This document shows, piece by piece, positions 9,976 to 19,849 of a DNA stretch of 64,000 nt. Numbering within the stretch: the stretch's first letter is position 1; each line of letters opens with the position of its first letter. The position numbers and the translations under genes were made by a program. The notes under the pieces were generated by a model. That model saw only the letters and a program-made list of their open reading frames with translations, had not been told where the DNA came from and made no database searches. This DNA comes from an uncultured Chloroflexia bacterium. Lineage in GTDB: Bacteria; Chloroflexota; Limnocylindria; Limnocylindrales; CSP1-4. The stretch lies in assembly GCA_963712745.1 (NCBI GenBank), contig CAVQJC010000017.1, forward strand, positions 64,001 to 128,000, in the 5' to 3' direction.

Positions 9976-10128
9976 TCACCGTCGCCGCTGACTCAGGCCC
10001 TTGCGCGTGTTGCAGCTCGGGCAGAGCACTCCGGGCCGTGCGGACAACGGCTCACCACCGAGGACGAGCGGCACCGGATGGTCGGGCATGCACCGGAAGC
10101 GGTTGGCGAAGCCGGGTCGACCGCAGCG
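9976..10128 (-). pseudogene. HNH endonuclease, copy D, with an in-frame internal deletion
   Basis: PGFANRFRCMPDHPVPLVLGG..LCPSCNTRKGLSQRRR*; the segment between the two DHP-coding repeats is missing. Confidence 0.8.
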
Positions 10129-10194
10129 GTCGCAGCGACGCTCGTTCGTCGTGGGCCAGCCGCACGTGCATCGTCCGGTGGTCGCGGGCCTGCC

Positions 10195-10620
10195 TCAGGC
10201 CTGCCTCCGCTCGGCCACCTCGACCAATCTGCCGGTCTCCTTCTCGAGCCAGCGTCGGTAGATGGGCTTCAGCGTCAGACCCGTGAAACCGGCTGCCGTG
10301 CCCGACACCTCGATCTCGTGCCTGATGCGTACGCCTGAGTCCGTGGGCTCCACCTCGAAGCGCTGGACGACGATGAGCCCAGGCGGGCGGACCTCGGTCT
10401 CGATGAAACGACCGGGATCCAGTCGACGCACCAACACGTCCCACGTCCGGCGATACCCTGCCTGGACGCGAACGATGGAGCCCTCGGCGAGTGGTCCATC
10501 CGCATCGGCGTTGCGCGTGTTGTGGCCCCACGAGCTCCACGTCGATGGGTCCATGTAGAGACTGAAGACATCAGCAGGTGTCAGCCCGGCTTCGCGGACG
10601 CTCTCGATCGACCAGGTCAT
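10195..10620 (-). CDS. SRPBCC (polyketide cyclase) family protein
   Basis: PADVFSLYMDPSTWSSW, DGPLAEG, C-terminal helix; GGAG RBS. Confidence 0.8.
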   Translation of the reverse strand: MTWSIESVREAGLTPADVFSLYMDPSTWSSWGHNTRNADADGPLAEGSIVRVQAGYRRTWDVLVRRLDPGRFIETEVRPPGLIVVQRFEVEPTDSGVRIRHEIEVSGTAAGFTGLTLKPIYRRWLEKETGRLVEVAERRQA

Positions 10621-11188
10621 CGCTCCCTCGCTCTCTCCGCACTCGCCCCCTGGTTGCCCGGCCTGGTACTCCGGTCGCCCCATTGTCGGTTCGAAAGTCA
10701 ACAGGAAAGTGCTGCTGGGTCCCGAACCACACGATGATCGAGGCCTGCACCGGTTCGGCCATCGCGCTCGAGGACCCGGGGCCTACCCCGCCAGCCCCTC
10801 ATGGGCTCCCAAAGCATGTGCACTAGCGCTGCGCTACACCCCGACGATTGCGTGCGTCACTAGGGCACACAGCGCACTTCGATCGCGACACCGCGGGGCC
10901 TACAGCGCTGGTTGGTGCACATGATCGCCCCCGAGCAGCGCGCTCACGAACGCTGCCGCGATGTCCTATGCCACGGCCCGCAGAATACGTTCGCGTCATG
11001 CCGGCCATCCGGGAATGCGACGAGTAGCTCGTCCTTGAGCATTCGAGCGCACGCTCCCCGCTGCTGAATGCGGTCTGCATATCGTTGATCCCGATCGTTC
11101 GCAGCAGCGGGCATCCAAGCCTTCGGCGGATTCGAGGGGCAAGTGGTCGTTTCGGACGTCGCGCAGAACCGTGCCCAATGCCGAGTCA

Positions 11189-11650
11189 CTACGACTGATC
11201 CGTAGCGGCCGATGTCGCTGCGTCCAGGTTGGACTTGAGCCGTTCGATGTCGCCGTTCGACTGGCGCCTCAGCATCACAGCCGCGAGTGGGGTGAACATG
11301 CGCCACACCCCCGAGAACTCGCCGCCGGACTCGATGGTGACGATCGCCCCGTCGCCGTCGGGTTCCACGCGGCAACGGGTCGTGACGTCAGCCGCTCCCG
11401 CAGTCGTCGACCAGCTGACGTGGTGCGGCGGGTCCCAGTCGACGACCTCGGCGATCACGGTGTAGCGGCGACCCATGACCTTCGAGGTCCGCTCGTCGCG
11501 GCGGCCTGGCTTGGTCGGCCCAGGATCGAGCCAGCGCGTCTCGATCACCGCCGTTCGCCACTGCGGGTCGTTCTCCGCATCGGCGATGAAGGCGAAGACC
11601 TCATCCGCCGGCCGATCCACCCGGGTGGTCATGCTGCCACTCGCCTTCAT
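11189..11650 (-). CDS. SRPBCC family protein
   Basis: VDRPADEVFAFIADAENDPQW...DIERLK. Confidence 0.85.
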   Translation of the reverse strand: MKASGSMTTRVDRPADEVFAFIADAENDPQWRTAVIETRWLDPGPTKPGRRDERTSKVMGRRYTVIAEVVDWDPPHHVSWSTTAGAADVTTRCRVEPDGDGAIVTIESGGEFSGVWRMFTPLAAVMLRRQSNGDIERLKSNLDAATSAATDQS

Positions 11651-11669
11651 CACTCGCTCCCTCTCGCCG

Positions 11670-12284
11670 TCAGGAGGTCGGACCGTGCGCCACACGTTCG
11701 TGGGGTGGGTGCCCAGCCTGGGGCTCCGGAACGTCGGCAGCGACCACGATAAGCTCCTTCACCATCCCGGCTGCCGCATGGGTGGGGTGCTCGAAGATGG
11801 CATGTAGCTCGGGTGGCCATTCGGATGGATCCATGTCTTCGGTGACCCCGAGTCGTGCGACCAGGTCGGCTTCCAGCCCTTGCGGCAGGTCGCAGATGAG
11901 CACATAGCGACCCTCGCGGTCAAGCACGATCGTATCGGCGGAAACCGCCCCGGGCTCGACGAACACGTCGTCCGAGACCAGCTCGACCAATCCGGACTCC
12001 ACCGCATCCTCGCCGAGCACGAGCAGCTCCTCAAGCGTCTCGGTCGTCTCATCGGCGACCCGCGCGACCATCATCTCGTGGAACTCGGCGCCGTCGTTGC
12101 GGAGCACCAGGGTGGTCCCGACCGGTACTTCATCCGGAAGGCTCGTGAACGCGTACTCCGAAGCCACCACCTCGACCACCGTGGGCTGCTGACCCGACAC
12201 AGTCTGTACGCTGAGACCGACGATGCCGATGACCACCAGACCGATGCTCGTGACGATGCCTGAGTTACTGACCCGCTGTTCCAC
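11670..12284 (-). CDS. Secreted cupredoxin-like (type-1 Cu) protein
   Basis: Signal peptide; EYAF, NDGAEFHEM, GRYVLIC..H...GM; GGAGG RBS; paralog at 23187. Confidence 0.7.
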   Translation of the reverse strand: MEQRVSNSGIVTSIGLVVIGIVGLSVQTVSGQQPTVVEVVASEYAFTSLPDEVPVGTTLVLRNDGAEFHEMMVARVADETTETLEELLVLGEDAVESGLVELVSDDVFVEPGAVSADTIVLDREGRYVLICDLPQGLEADLVARLGVTEDMDPSEWPPELHAIFEHPTHAAAGMVKELIVVAADVPEPQAGHPPHERVAHGPTS

Positions 12285-12516
12285 GATCGCCTCCTTGTCC
12301 ACTGACTGAGGAGCCATCAGGCGATGGCCCGATTCGCGGTCCGGACGATGCTGGTCGTTCGCGACCGCCGAGGGCAGTCTGGGACCGGTGACCGGGCCGA
12401 GCGACAGTGCTGGCCCTTCAAGTCAGCGAGCGGATTCGAGGGTTAGCCCCCTGGCGAACATCAACGGCTGGTGGGAGCATCGTGGCCATGCAAGCGAGCG
12501 AATCGGGCCGGCCTGC

Positions 12517-14292
12517 GTGAGCGATGCCGGCGCGATCAGGGAACAGGCGCGGGCCCACCCGGGCCTCGCGATCCAACTGCCGCTGTGGGTGAGCGTACTG
12601 GTGGTGGTTGCAGCCATCCTGGTTGCACTCGCAAGTGCCTGGCTCCTGATCACGACTCCCTGGGGAGAGTTCGACCGCACCCAGTGGTGGTTCGGACTCG
12701 CGAGCCACTTGTTCACCATCGGCGTCGGCCTCATCGCCTGGAACGCTCGGCCGGGAAACCGCGTCGGTCCACTGCTGATCCTCATCGGTCTCGGGGGATT
12801 CGTCTCCTGGCTGCAGCACAGCGGAGATCCGCTGCTCTGGACGCTCGGCGACATGTGGCTGCTACTCGGGCTCGTCGTAACCGGGCACCTGTACCTCGTC
12901 TTCCCCGAGGGTCGCGCACGCGGTTGGTCCCTCGCGCTTGCGGTCTCGCTCTACGTCTGGTTCTTCGCCGCCAGCGTGGCCAACAGAGTGTTGAGCGAGT
13001 ACCCGCCTGCCTGGCCGTGGCAGAACCCGTTGCTCATCTGGCCGAACGCCGAGATGGCGACAGCGACGGGGACCATCGGTGATCTCGGCGGCCTCGTCTT
13101 GCTGATCCTCGTAGTCGCGACGGTAGTGCGGAGATGGCGGCGGGGATCGCCGGTCACACGCCGCGCGATGGTTCCGGTGATGGTAGTGAGCCCATTCACC
13201 CTCCTCTTCGTCGGCACCTGGTTCCTTGGAAGGATCACCGGCATCGAAGGGCTCGTCGTCTTCTCGAACGGGACAGTCTCAGCGGTCTTCGGCTTCCTGT
13301 TCCCGATCGCGTTCCTGGCCGGGTTGCTGCGCACGAGCATCGAGCGAGGCTCGATCGCAGGCCTCGTTCGTGAGCTCGACGGCGTGACCACGAACGCCCT
13401 GGAACCTGCGCTCGCGCGGGCGGTGCACGATCCCTCGCTGCGGATCGCGTTCCCGACAGGCGATGGCGCAGGATATGTCGACGGCGCCGGTCAGGCGGTG
13501 GCGCTGCCGCAGGACGGATCGGGGCTGTCGATGACTCGTGTCGGCTCGCCTGACCACACCCTCGCCGTCCTCGTTCACGACGCTTCGGTCGACGACGAGC
13601 TCGTCGAGAGTGCCGCGGCCGCGTCGAGGCTGGCGCTCGAGAACGCACGGCTCACCGCCGAGCTCCGCGCACAGCTCGAGGCGGTCCGCGCATCCCGGTT
13701 GCGGATCGTGCAGGCCGCCGACGAGGAGCGCCGGCGCCTGGAGCGTGACCTCCACGACGGCGCTCAGCAGCGCCTGGTCGCGCTTGGCTTCGCGCTCCGG
13801 GACGCCACCCGGCGCGCACACGAGGACCCCGAGCTGAGGAGCATCCTCGAGGGTGCCCAGGTCGAGCTCGAGTCCGGGCTCAAGGAGCTCCGGACCATCG
13901 CACGCGGCCTCCATCCGACCGCACTGGACGATGGTCTGGCTCCGGCCATCCGGGAGCTGGCCGACCGCTCCCCCATGCCGGTCGAGGTCAAGCTCACGGA
14001 GGTCGCGCTACCGAGCTCTGTCGAGACCACGGCCTACTTCATCGCGGCGGAGGCGCTGACGAACGCCCTGCGACACGCACGGGCGAGCAGCATCATCGTC
14101 ACCGGGGCAGCCCAAGACGGGCGCTACCGGCTCGCGGTGAGTGACGACGGACGCGGCGGTGCCGAGGGAACGATGGACGGCTCCGGGATGCGCGGACTCC
14201 GCGACCGCGCCCAGGCGCTGGGTGGAACGCTCCGGGTGGAGAGCCCGGTGGGTGGGGGCACGACGGTAGTGGCGGAGCTTCCACTCCGATGA
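12517..14292 (+). CDS. HisKA_3-type membrane sensor histidine kinase
   Basis: Multi-TM N-terminus; ERRRLERDLHDGAQQ H-box, EALTNALRHA, DDGRGG, GSGMRG; start codon uncertain. Confidence 0.9.
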   Translation: MSDAGAIREQARAHPGLAIQLPLWVSVLVVVAAILVALASAWLLITTPWGEFDRTQWWFGLASHLFTIGVGLIAWNARPGNRVGPLLILIGLGGFVSWLQHSGDPLLWTLGDMWLLLGLVVTGHLYLVFPEGRARGWSLALAVSLYVWFFAASVANRVLSEYPPAWPWQNPLLIWPNAEMATATGTIGDLGGLVLLILVVATVVRRWRRGSPVTRRAMVPVMVVSPFTLLFVGTWFLGRITGIEGLVVFSNGTVSAVFGFLFPIAFLAGLLRTSIERGSIAGLVRELDGVTTNALEPALARAVHDPSLRIAFPTGDGAGYVDGAGQAVALPQDGSGLSMTRVGSPDHTLAVLVHDASVDDELVESAAAASRLALENARLTAELRAQLEAVRASRLRIVQAADEERRRLERDLHDGAQQRLVALGFALRDATRRAHEDPELRSILEGAQVELESGLKELRTIARGLHPTALDDGLAPAIRELADRSPMPVEVKLTEVALPSSVETTAYFIAAEALTNALRHARASSIIVTGAAQDGRYRLAVSDDGRGGAEGTMDGSGMRGLRDRAQALGGTLRVESPVGGGTTVVAELPLR

Positions 14293-14972
14293 GTGATCCC
14301 CGACTGCGGGTCGTGGTGATCGACGACTCCATCCTGTTCCGCTCGGGCATGGTCCACCTGCTCGCCGACGAGGGCTTCGAGGTCGCAGGAGAGGCGGGCG
14401 ACCCCGACACCGCCGTCGCGCTCGTCGACCGCGAGCAGCCTGACGTCGTCGTGCTCGACATCCGCATGCCGCCGAACCACCGGACCGAGGGCCTCGATGC
14501 CGCGTTCATCATTCGCGAACGACACCCATCGATCGCGATCCTGCTGCTCTCGGCCCATGTCGAGGCGCGACATGCGATGCGTCTGCTACAGGATGGACAG
14601 GCGGGTGTCGGGTACCTGCTGAAGGACCGCGTCATGCGCGAGACGGAGCTGAGCGACGCCATCAGGCGGGTCGCAGCCGGAGGGTCGGTCATCGACCCCG
14701 AGCTCGTCGGCGAGCTTCTCGGTCGGTCGCGGTCTCGCAACCCGGTCGACGAACTCACCCCGCGCGAGCGCGAGGTCCTCGAGCTCATGGCGGAGGGCCG
14801 ATCGAACCAGTCGATCGCGGACCGGCTGGTGCTGGAACCCAAGACCATCGAAGGACATATCCGAACGGTGTTCTCCAAGCTCGGGCTCGAGCCCGAGCCC
14901 TCCAGCCATCGGCGCGTGCTCGCGGTGCTCACCTACCTGCGAGACCGATCGACAGCGGTGAACGGAACGTGA
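14289..14972 (+). CDS. NarL/LuxR family response regulator
   Basis: VIDD, LDIRMPP, YLLKD, LTPREREVLELMAEGRSN. Confidence 0.93.
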   Translation: MSDPRLRVVVIDDSILFRSGMVHLLADEGFEVAGEAGDPDTAVALVDREQPDVVVLDIRMPPNHRTEGLDAAFIIRERHPSIAILLLSAHVEARHAMRLLQDGQAGVGYLLKDRVMRETELSDAIRRVAAGGSVIDPELVGELLGRSRSRNPVDELTPREREVLELMAEGRSNQSIADRLVLEPKTIEGHIRTVFSKLGLEPEPSSHRRVLAVLTYLRDRSTAVNGT

Positions 14973-14994
14973 GATCGATGCCCTGCTCACTGTA

Positions 14995-15020
14995 TCCTTA
15001 CCTTGACCGCACAGTAAGGA
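14995..15020. promoter_or_regulatory. Inverted repeat, likely vapBC autoregulatory operator
   Basis: tccttac-N12-gtaagga immediately upstream of the antitoxin start. Confidence 0.55.
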
Positions 15021-15026
15021 GAACGG

Positions 15027-15278
15027 ATGATGGAAGTCACCGCACGGCTCAGCTCCAAAGGCCAGGTCACGGTCCCCCGCGCGGTCCGCGACGCGCTCTC
15101 CCTGGAGGAAGGGGACCGCCTCGTGTTCCGGGTGGAAGGCGACCATGCCGTCCTGGCCCGGACGCCGGACCTCTTGGCGCTCGCAGGATCGGTGAGCGTG
15201 CCGGCCGCGAAGCGGGGCACGCCCTGGGATGAGGTGCTGCGGCAGACGCGCCGAGCTCGCGCAGCCGGGCGACGGTGA
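15027..15278 (+). CDS. AbrB/MazE/SpoVT family antitoxin
   Basis: RLSSKGQVTVPRAVRDALSLEEGDRL. Confidence 0.88.
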   Translation: MMEVTARLSSKGQVTVPRAVRDALSLEEGDRLVFRVEGDHAVLARTPDLLALAGSVSVPAAKRGTPWDEVLRQTRRARAAGRR

Positions 15279-15670
15279 CCGCCTTCGTCGATGCCAACAT
15301 CCTCATCCGCCACCTGACCGGGGACCCACCCGAGCAGGCTGCGCGCGCGACGCGCTACCTGCGTGCCGCCGACGAGCTGCTGCTGCCCGATCTCATCCTC
15401 GCCGAGGTCGCCTACGTCCTGGAGTCGTTCTACGAGACGCCGCGGGCGCAGGTGGCAGCCACGCTCCGAGCGGTGCTGGCGTTCCCGGCCATCCGGGTCA
15501 TCGATCGGGATCTCCTGCAGCGTGCCATCGAGGTCTATGACCTCCTCCGACTCGACTTCGCGGATGCCTATCTCGTCGCGAGCGCCGAACGGACGGGGAT
15601 CGGAGTCGTCGCCTCGTTCGATCGTGGCATCGATCGCGCCGTCACCGTCCGCCGCGAGGAGCCCGGCTGA
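15275..15670 (+). CDS. vapC: PIN-domain (VapC) toxin
   Basis: FVDANIL, E..YVL, DFADA, SFDR; GTGA overlap with the antitoxin. Confidence 0.88.
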   Translation: MTAFVDANILIRHLTGDPPEQAARATRYLRAADELLLPDLILAEVAYVLESFYETPRAQVAATLRAVLAFPAIRVIDRDLLQRAIEVYDLLRLDFADAYLVASAERTGIGVVASFDRGIDRAVTVRREEPG

Positions 15671-15689
15671 ATGGCCTGGGGTCGAGTTC

Positions 15690-15730
15690 GAGCCAGAGCC
15701 CGCCAAGGGATCGAGCACCGCCTCACCCGG
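15690..15730 (-). pseudogene. DNA methyltransferase motif-I remnant, copy 1
   Basis: PGEAVLDPLAGSGS; 23 bp (15708-15730) identical to 24941-24963. Confidence 0.55.
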
Positions 15731-15769
15731 CAGGGTCGCGCTTCGACTCGACGGCACCGCCGACGACCG

Positions 15770-16253
15770 GCACTTGGCCTCCGTGCGCCAGACACACCCG
15801 CTGTGGGCAGAGACCGTCGCGACACGGCTCGACGGACTCGACCAGCTCGGCGGTCAGATGTGGACCTTCCGAGCTCTCGTTCTCTCACCGGCCACGTCCA
15901 AGGGCTGGCCGGGATCGACCTGTCTCGTCCAGACGGTGGAGCTACCCCAGGTCCGTACGCTCGACCAGCTGAGGCCCGCGGTGCTCGACGGCATCAGCAT
16001 CACACCAGGGTTGACCGAGGGTCCTCACGTCAGCGCGCTTACGCTCCCGTCCGGAGACAGCCGGAGGATCGACTACATGGCCCGGGGAGAATCGGGTCGC
16101 GACATGTTCAATTCGCTCTTCCTGGTCGACACGCAGACGACCCTGGCCTCTGCTGCACCCGGGATCCAGCTCTGCTGTCACTCGTTCGAGGGGTACGTAG
16201 ACGACTGGCTCACCATCGCCGAGACCTTCGAGTTCCTGCCCGCCGAGGAGTAG
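15770..16253 (+). pseudogene. Orphan C-terminal extracytoplasmic domain fragment
   Basis: Coding-like frame ending ..LTLPSG..RIDY..DDWLTIAETFEFLPAEE* with no clear start. Confidence 0.45.
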
Positions 16254-16349
16254 GTCGCGGCTGCCGTCGAAGGCCATACACTCCGCGTTGGCGGAGAAGG
16301 TGGACATGTGAAGTGGACATGTCCACCAGCGGGTCCCCACGACCCGGGC

Positions 16350-16760
16350 AGCGCCGCGGTCATCTTGGCCGTGAGCGCCATCTACGCGGTCCTCGACGCG
16401 CATCACCACGACGCCCGCGGGGCACTGCGCCACGCACTCGAACGTGGTGAACGCCTGGCGCTGCCAGCCTCGGCCTAGGCGCAAGCCATGGTCGGTCCCC
16501 AGCGCAGCGATCGGGACGCGGCCACCACCATCAATGCCTTCATCGATGCGCTGCCCGCCGCCGCGGAGCCCGCCACGCGCGACATCGCCCGCGCGGCCGC
16601 GGCTCTACGAGCGCGCAATGGCCGATTCCTCCGCTTGCCTGACGCCCTCATGCTTGCGACCGCGGAAGTCCTTGGGGCCGACCGCGCCTCACTACCGACG
16701 CCGGCTGGCCGTATACCGCGGTGGACGTCCACATCGTCGGGCCGAACCACGCCAGGCGGT
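16350..16760 (+). pseudogene. Degraded PIN-domain protein
   Basis: AVLDAHHHDA..LPASA*AQAMVGP..ARAAAALRA..LRLPDALMLATA; internal TAG and a 3' frameshift. Confidence 0.7.
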
Positions 16761-16809
16761 AGGTCGACCTCCGGATCGCAGCATCGTCGGATGACCGGGA
16801 AGCGGCAGG

Positions 16810-17057
16810 GGCTCGAGGCCGTTGAGCCGCGGGTCCTCGGTCCGAACCATCAAGGATTCCTAGACGGTTGCCTCCTCCGTGAGCGCCCCTTCCTCGAAGA
16901 CGTTCCGGACGCGCAGGTTCACGTTCGCGACCGTCGTCTCGAACAGGTCCGCCATCTGGCGTTGCGTCAGCCACACGGTCTCGTCCTGCACGACGACCTC
17001 GACCCGAGGCCCTCTGTCCGGGGCTTCGTACACGACCACCCCGCCCTGGGTGGTCAT
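16810..17057 (-). pseudogene. RhuM-family N-terminal fragment
   Basis: VVVYEAPD..VEVVVQDETVWLTQRQMADLFETT..NV..EGALTEEATV*ESLMVRTE. Confidence 0.75.
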
Positions 17058-17149
17058 CCTGCCTCCTTGTCGCTCATGACTCGAGTCTCGGCGATTGGCT
17101 CTGCCTACACAACCGGCAGGACCGTCGAGCATGGCGGGCCCCGACCCAC

Positions 17150-17386
17150 GCGCCCGAGCCGCTCTTCGTCCTCGGAGAGGTCGACGTACAGGACGGGGAC
17201 CAATGGTTCGCCGCGGCTGATCGCGAGGGCCACCCTGAGGTGGCCGTCGACGACGTGCCCGGTGCGCTGGTTGACGAGCACGTTCTGGACCCAGCCGACC
17301 TGGTCAAGGACCCCGGCCAGTGCCTCCTGCTGGGCCTTCGGATGGACGCGGCAGTTGGCCGGGCTGGCGAGCAGCCGGTCGGGCAA
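17150..17386 (-). pseudogene. ParB-like N-terminal domain remnant (phage ParB-methylase type)
   Basis: PDRLLASPAN.RVHPKAQQEAL..GWVQNVLVNQRTGHVVDGHLRV..VPVLYVDLSEDEE. Confidence 0.75.
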
Positions 17387-17558
17387 GACCCTCTACTCTC
17401 GTTCTATCGCGTACAGGGCGAGCTGGGCCTGAGCTGGTGGCTGGCCACCTTCGCTCGAGTTGGCGCCCGGTGCGACTTGCCATCCTGCTCTGTTGGCATC
17501 ATATTGGAGTGTGACGGTAGGGCTTTAGCTCGCCCATGGACTGAGGAGGATTCGACGG

Positions 17559-17951
17559 ATGGCTTCGGACATCATGGGGCAACTGAAGGGCCTGCTCGAC
17601 GACCCGCAAGTCGTAGAGCAACTCAAGGGTCTGCTGCCGGAGGGCACCGACATCGGCGAGCTGCTCCAGGATCCGGGCAAGCTCCTGGATGCCCTCAAGG
17701 ACAGCCCTGACTTGCTCAACAAGGTCCAGGAGCTCGTACCGGATGTGGACATCCAGGGCGCGCTGTCCTCGCTGACCGGTGCGGCCGGGGATGCCGCCGG
17801 CGCTGCCGCCGGTGCTGCCGGAGCCGCCGGAGCCGCTGCCGCGGGCGCTGCCGGGGATGCCGCTGGCGCTGCCGGCGACGCCGCGGATGCCGCGACCGAC
17901 ACTGCCGGCGGGATCATCGACAGCGTCAAGGGGCTGTTCGGCAAGAGCTGA
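17559..17951 (+). CDS. Small hypothetical protein with Ala/Gly-rich low-complexity tail
   Basis: GAGGAGG RBS; GC3-biased codons; AAGDAAG repeats; ends VKGLFGKS. Confidence 0.7.
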   Translation: MASDIMGQLKGLLDDPQVVEQLKGLLPEGTDIGELLQDPGKLLDALKDSPDLLNKVQELVPDVDIQGALSSLTGAAGDAAGAAAGAAGAAGAAAAGAAGDAAGAAGDAADAATDTAGGIIDSVKGLFGKS

Positions 17952-18111
17952 TCGCCCGCAGACGATCGCGCTCGGCGCGTCGACGCGACGGACGCCATGG
18001 CCTAGCGCTCACGCGTTCGTGACCATTCCGTCGTGGCTCCGGACACCGCAACGGTGCCGAAGCCACGACTGTCTCCGGGGCGATGCGAACATCCGTGATG
18101 TCGCCTGACGT

Positions 18112-19500
18112 TCAAGCCTCGTCCTCCAGGCCCATGGCCTCGTCGGTGATGACCGCCGGGTCCAGGTCGGGATCGAGATCGTTGGCCTTCGCGGCCGCCA
18201 GCGCACCCTCGCCGCCCAGCTCGGCGATGCGGGCCTCCACCTTCCGGATGACGAACGAGAGGTGCGTACGCAGCTGGTAGAGCGTGCCCATCTTGCCCGC
18301 CGGCATACGCCGCTGCCGGGCCAGCTGACCGTCGAGGCCGACGAGGAAGTCCTGCTGTTCCATCAGCTCCTCGAGGCTGGACTCCCCCAGGTTGCGCTCG
18401 ATGGCATTGATGCGCGGATACCACGAGTTGACGCGGCTGTTGTTGAACCACTCCCAGCCGGCCTTGGCCAGGGTGTAGACCGGGAACGCGAGCACGAGCA
18501 ACGGCAGCAGGATGAGGTAGACCCGCGACAGGGGCGAGGCGATCTCGAAGGGCAGGAACGACTCCAGCGGTGTCGGCCCCTCCTCGAGGTACTTCCTGGC
18601 GTCCTCGTCGACCGGGAACTGCGTCTGGCTCAGCGAGGGGAAGGCGTCGAGATCGCCGACGTAGGGGACCGGCAGGACCCCCGGTAGCTCACGCACGATG
18701 AGCCGGGCCAGGTCGGGGTTCAGGCCGTCGCGACCCATGAGCGTGGCTCGGGCGGCCAGCATGGCCATGTCCTGGGGTGGCACCGGGGACGCGCCCGGAT
18801 CGTAGACGCCGCGGAAGAGCGTCACCGGCGAGAGGAACGGCAGCCGGCGCGAAAGCCCTTCCGTGTTCGGGACGGGCAGGAGCTCGAGATCGGGGATGGC
18901 CGCAAGCTCCGCTACGAGCGGCGCATTGGCGGCCACCACGAAGAAGGCGGCGTCGATGGTCCCCTCCGCCAGGCCCGCGATGGCCTCGTCGGTGGTCCAC
19001 TCCAGGGCGATGGCCGTCGAGTCGGTCTGGTCGATGAGGGCCCGGGCGGTCGCGTTCGTGCCGCTGCCGGCGGGACCGATGGCCAGGCGTTTGCCGGCCA
19101 GGATGGGGATGCCATCCACGACCTCGATGGCACCCTCCCGCGCGAAGATCCAGAAGGGTTCGTAGAACACCTCTGACAGCGCGGTCGAGCCGCCGATGTC
19201 GGTCAGGAACTCGGTGCCGCTCTGGATGAGTCCGACGTCCGCGTCGCCCGTGCGCAGCAGCTCGGCGTTCTCGATGGAGCCGGCGGTCTCGAGGACCTCG
19301 ACCGTGATGCCCTCGGTCGCCAGGACCTCCTGCAGCGAGGCGGCGAAGGCTGCGTACATGCCGCCCGGCTGACCCGCCGCGAGCGTGAACGTCTTGGGCG
19401 GGCGCCCGAGCAGCACGACCGCCACCATGGCCGCGAGCAGCGCCACGATGACCCCGAGCACGAGGGATACCACCACTTTGCGGCCGAGACCGTCTCTCAT
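18112..19500 (-). CDS. TAXI-family TRAP solute-binding protein, membrane-anchored form
   Basis: LAAGQPGGMY, ETAGSIEN, DVGLIQSG, FYEP, IGPAGSGT; N- and C-terminal TM segments. Confidence 0.85.
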   Translation of the reverse strand: MRDGLGRKVVVSLVLGVIVALLAAMVAVVLLGRPPKTFTLAAGQPGGMYAAFAASLQEVLATEGITVEVLETAGSIENAELLRTGDADVGLIQSGTEFLTDIGGSTALSEVFYEPFWIFAREGAIEVVDGIPILAGKRLAIGPAGSGTNATARALIDQTDSTAIALEWTTDEAIAGLAEGTIDAAFFVVAANAPLVAELAAIPDLELLPVPNTEGLSRRLPFLSPVTLFRGVYDPGASPVPPQDMAMLAARATLMGRDGLNPDLARLIVRELPGVLPVPYVGDLDAFPSLSQTQFPVDEDARKYLEEGPTPLESFLPFEIASPLSRVYLILLPLLVLAFPVYTLAKAGWEWFNNSRVNSWYPRINAIERNLGESSLEELMEQQDFLVGLDGQLARQRRMPAGKMGTLYQLRTHLSFVIRKVEARIAELGGEGALAAAKANDLDPDLDPAVITDEAMGLEDEA

Positions 19501-19849
19501 CTTGCGCCTCCGACCAGTGATAGAAACCGGCGACAAGCCCGCCGGCCTCCCGATCATGCGCCGGACCGTGAGTCCCGGCGCTGCCGCCGGGCCCGCGGGC
19601 ATCGCAACCACCCTATGGCGCCGCCATAGTACGCGCGGTGCGGTCGGCCCCACACCACGTTACAGCCGGATGTCTCCGTATCGCTGGAAGAGGACGGGAT
19701 CCGACACGGTCAAGCAGACGCAGCCGGCGGAATACCTGGCGGTCCGGGGCGAACGGCCACGACCTACGAGCCTCGGCAATAGCCGGGCGCCGCGCGGTGT
19801 GGCCAAGGGGATCGCGGACAGGTCGGCTGGAGCCTGCGGCGCTGCCGTC

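Noticed and set aside
17775-17910. GCC-rich repeat tract
   Set aside because: Explained by the Ala/Gly low-complexity coding sequence of ORF 17559-17951
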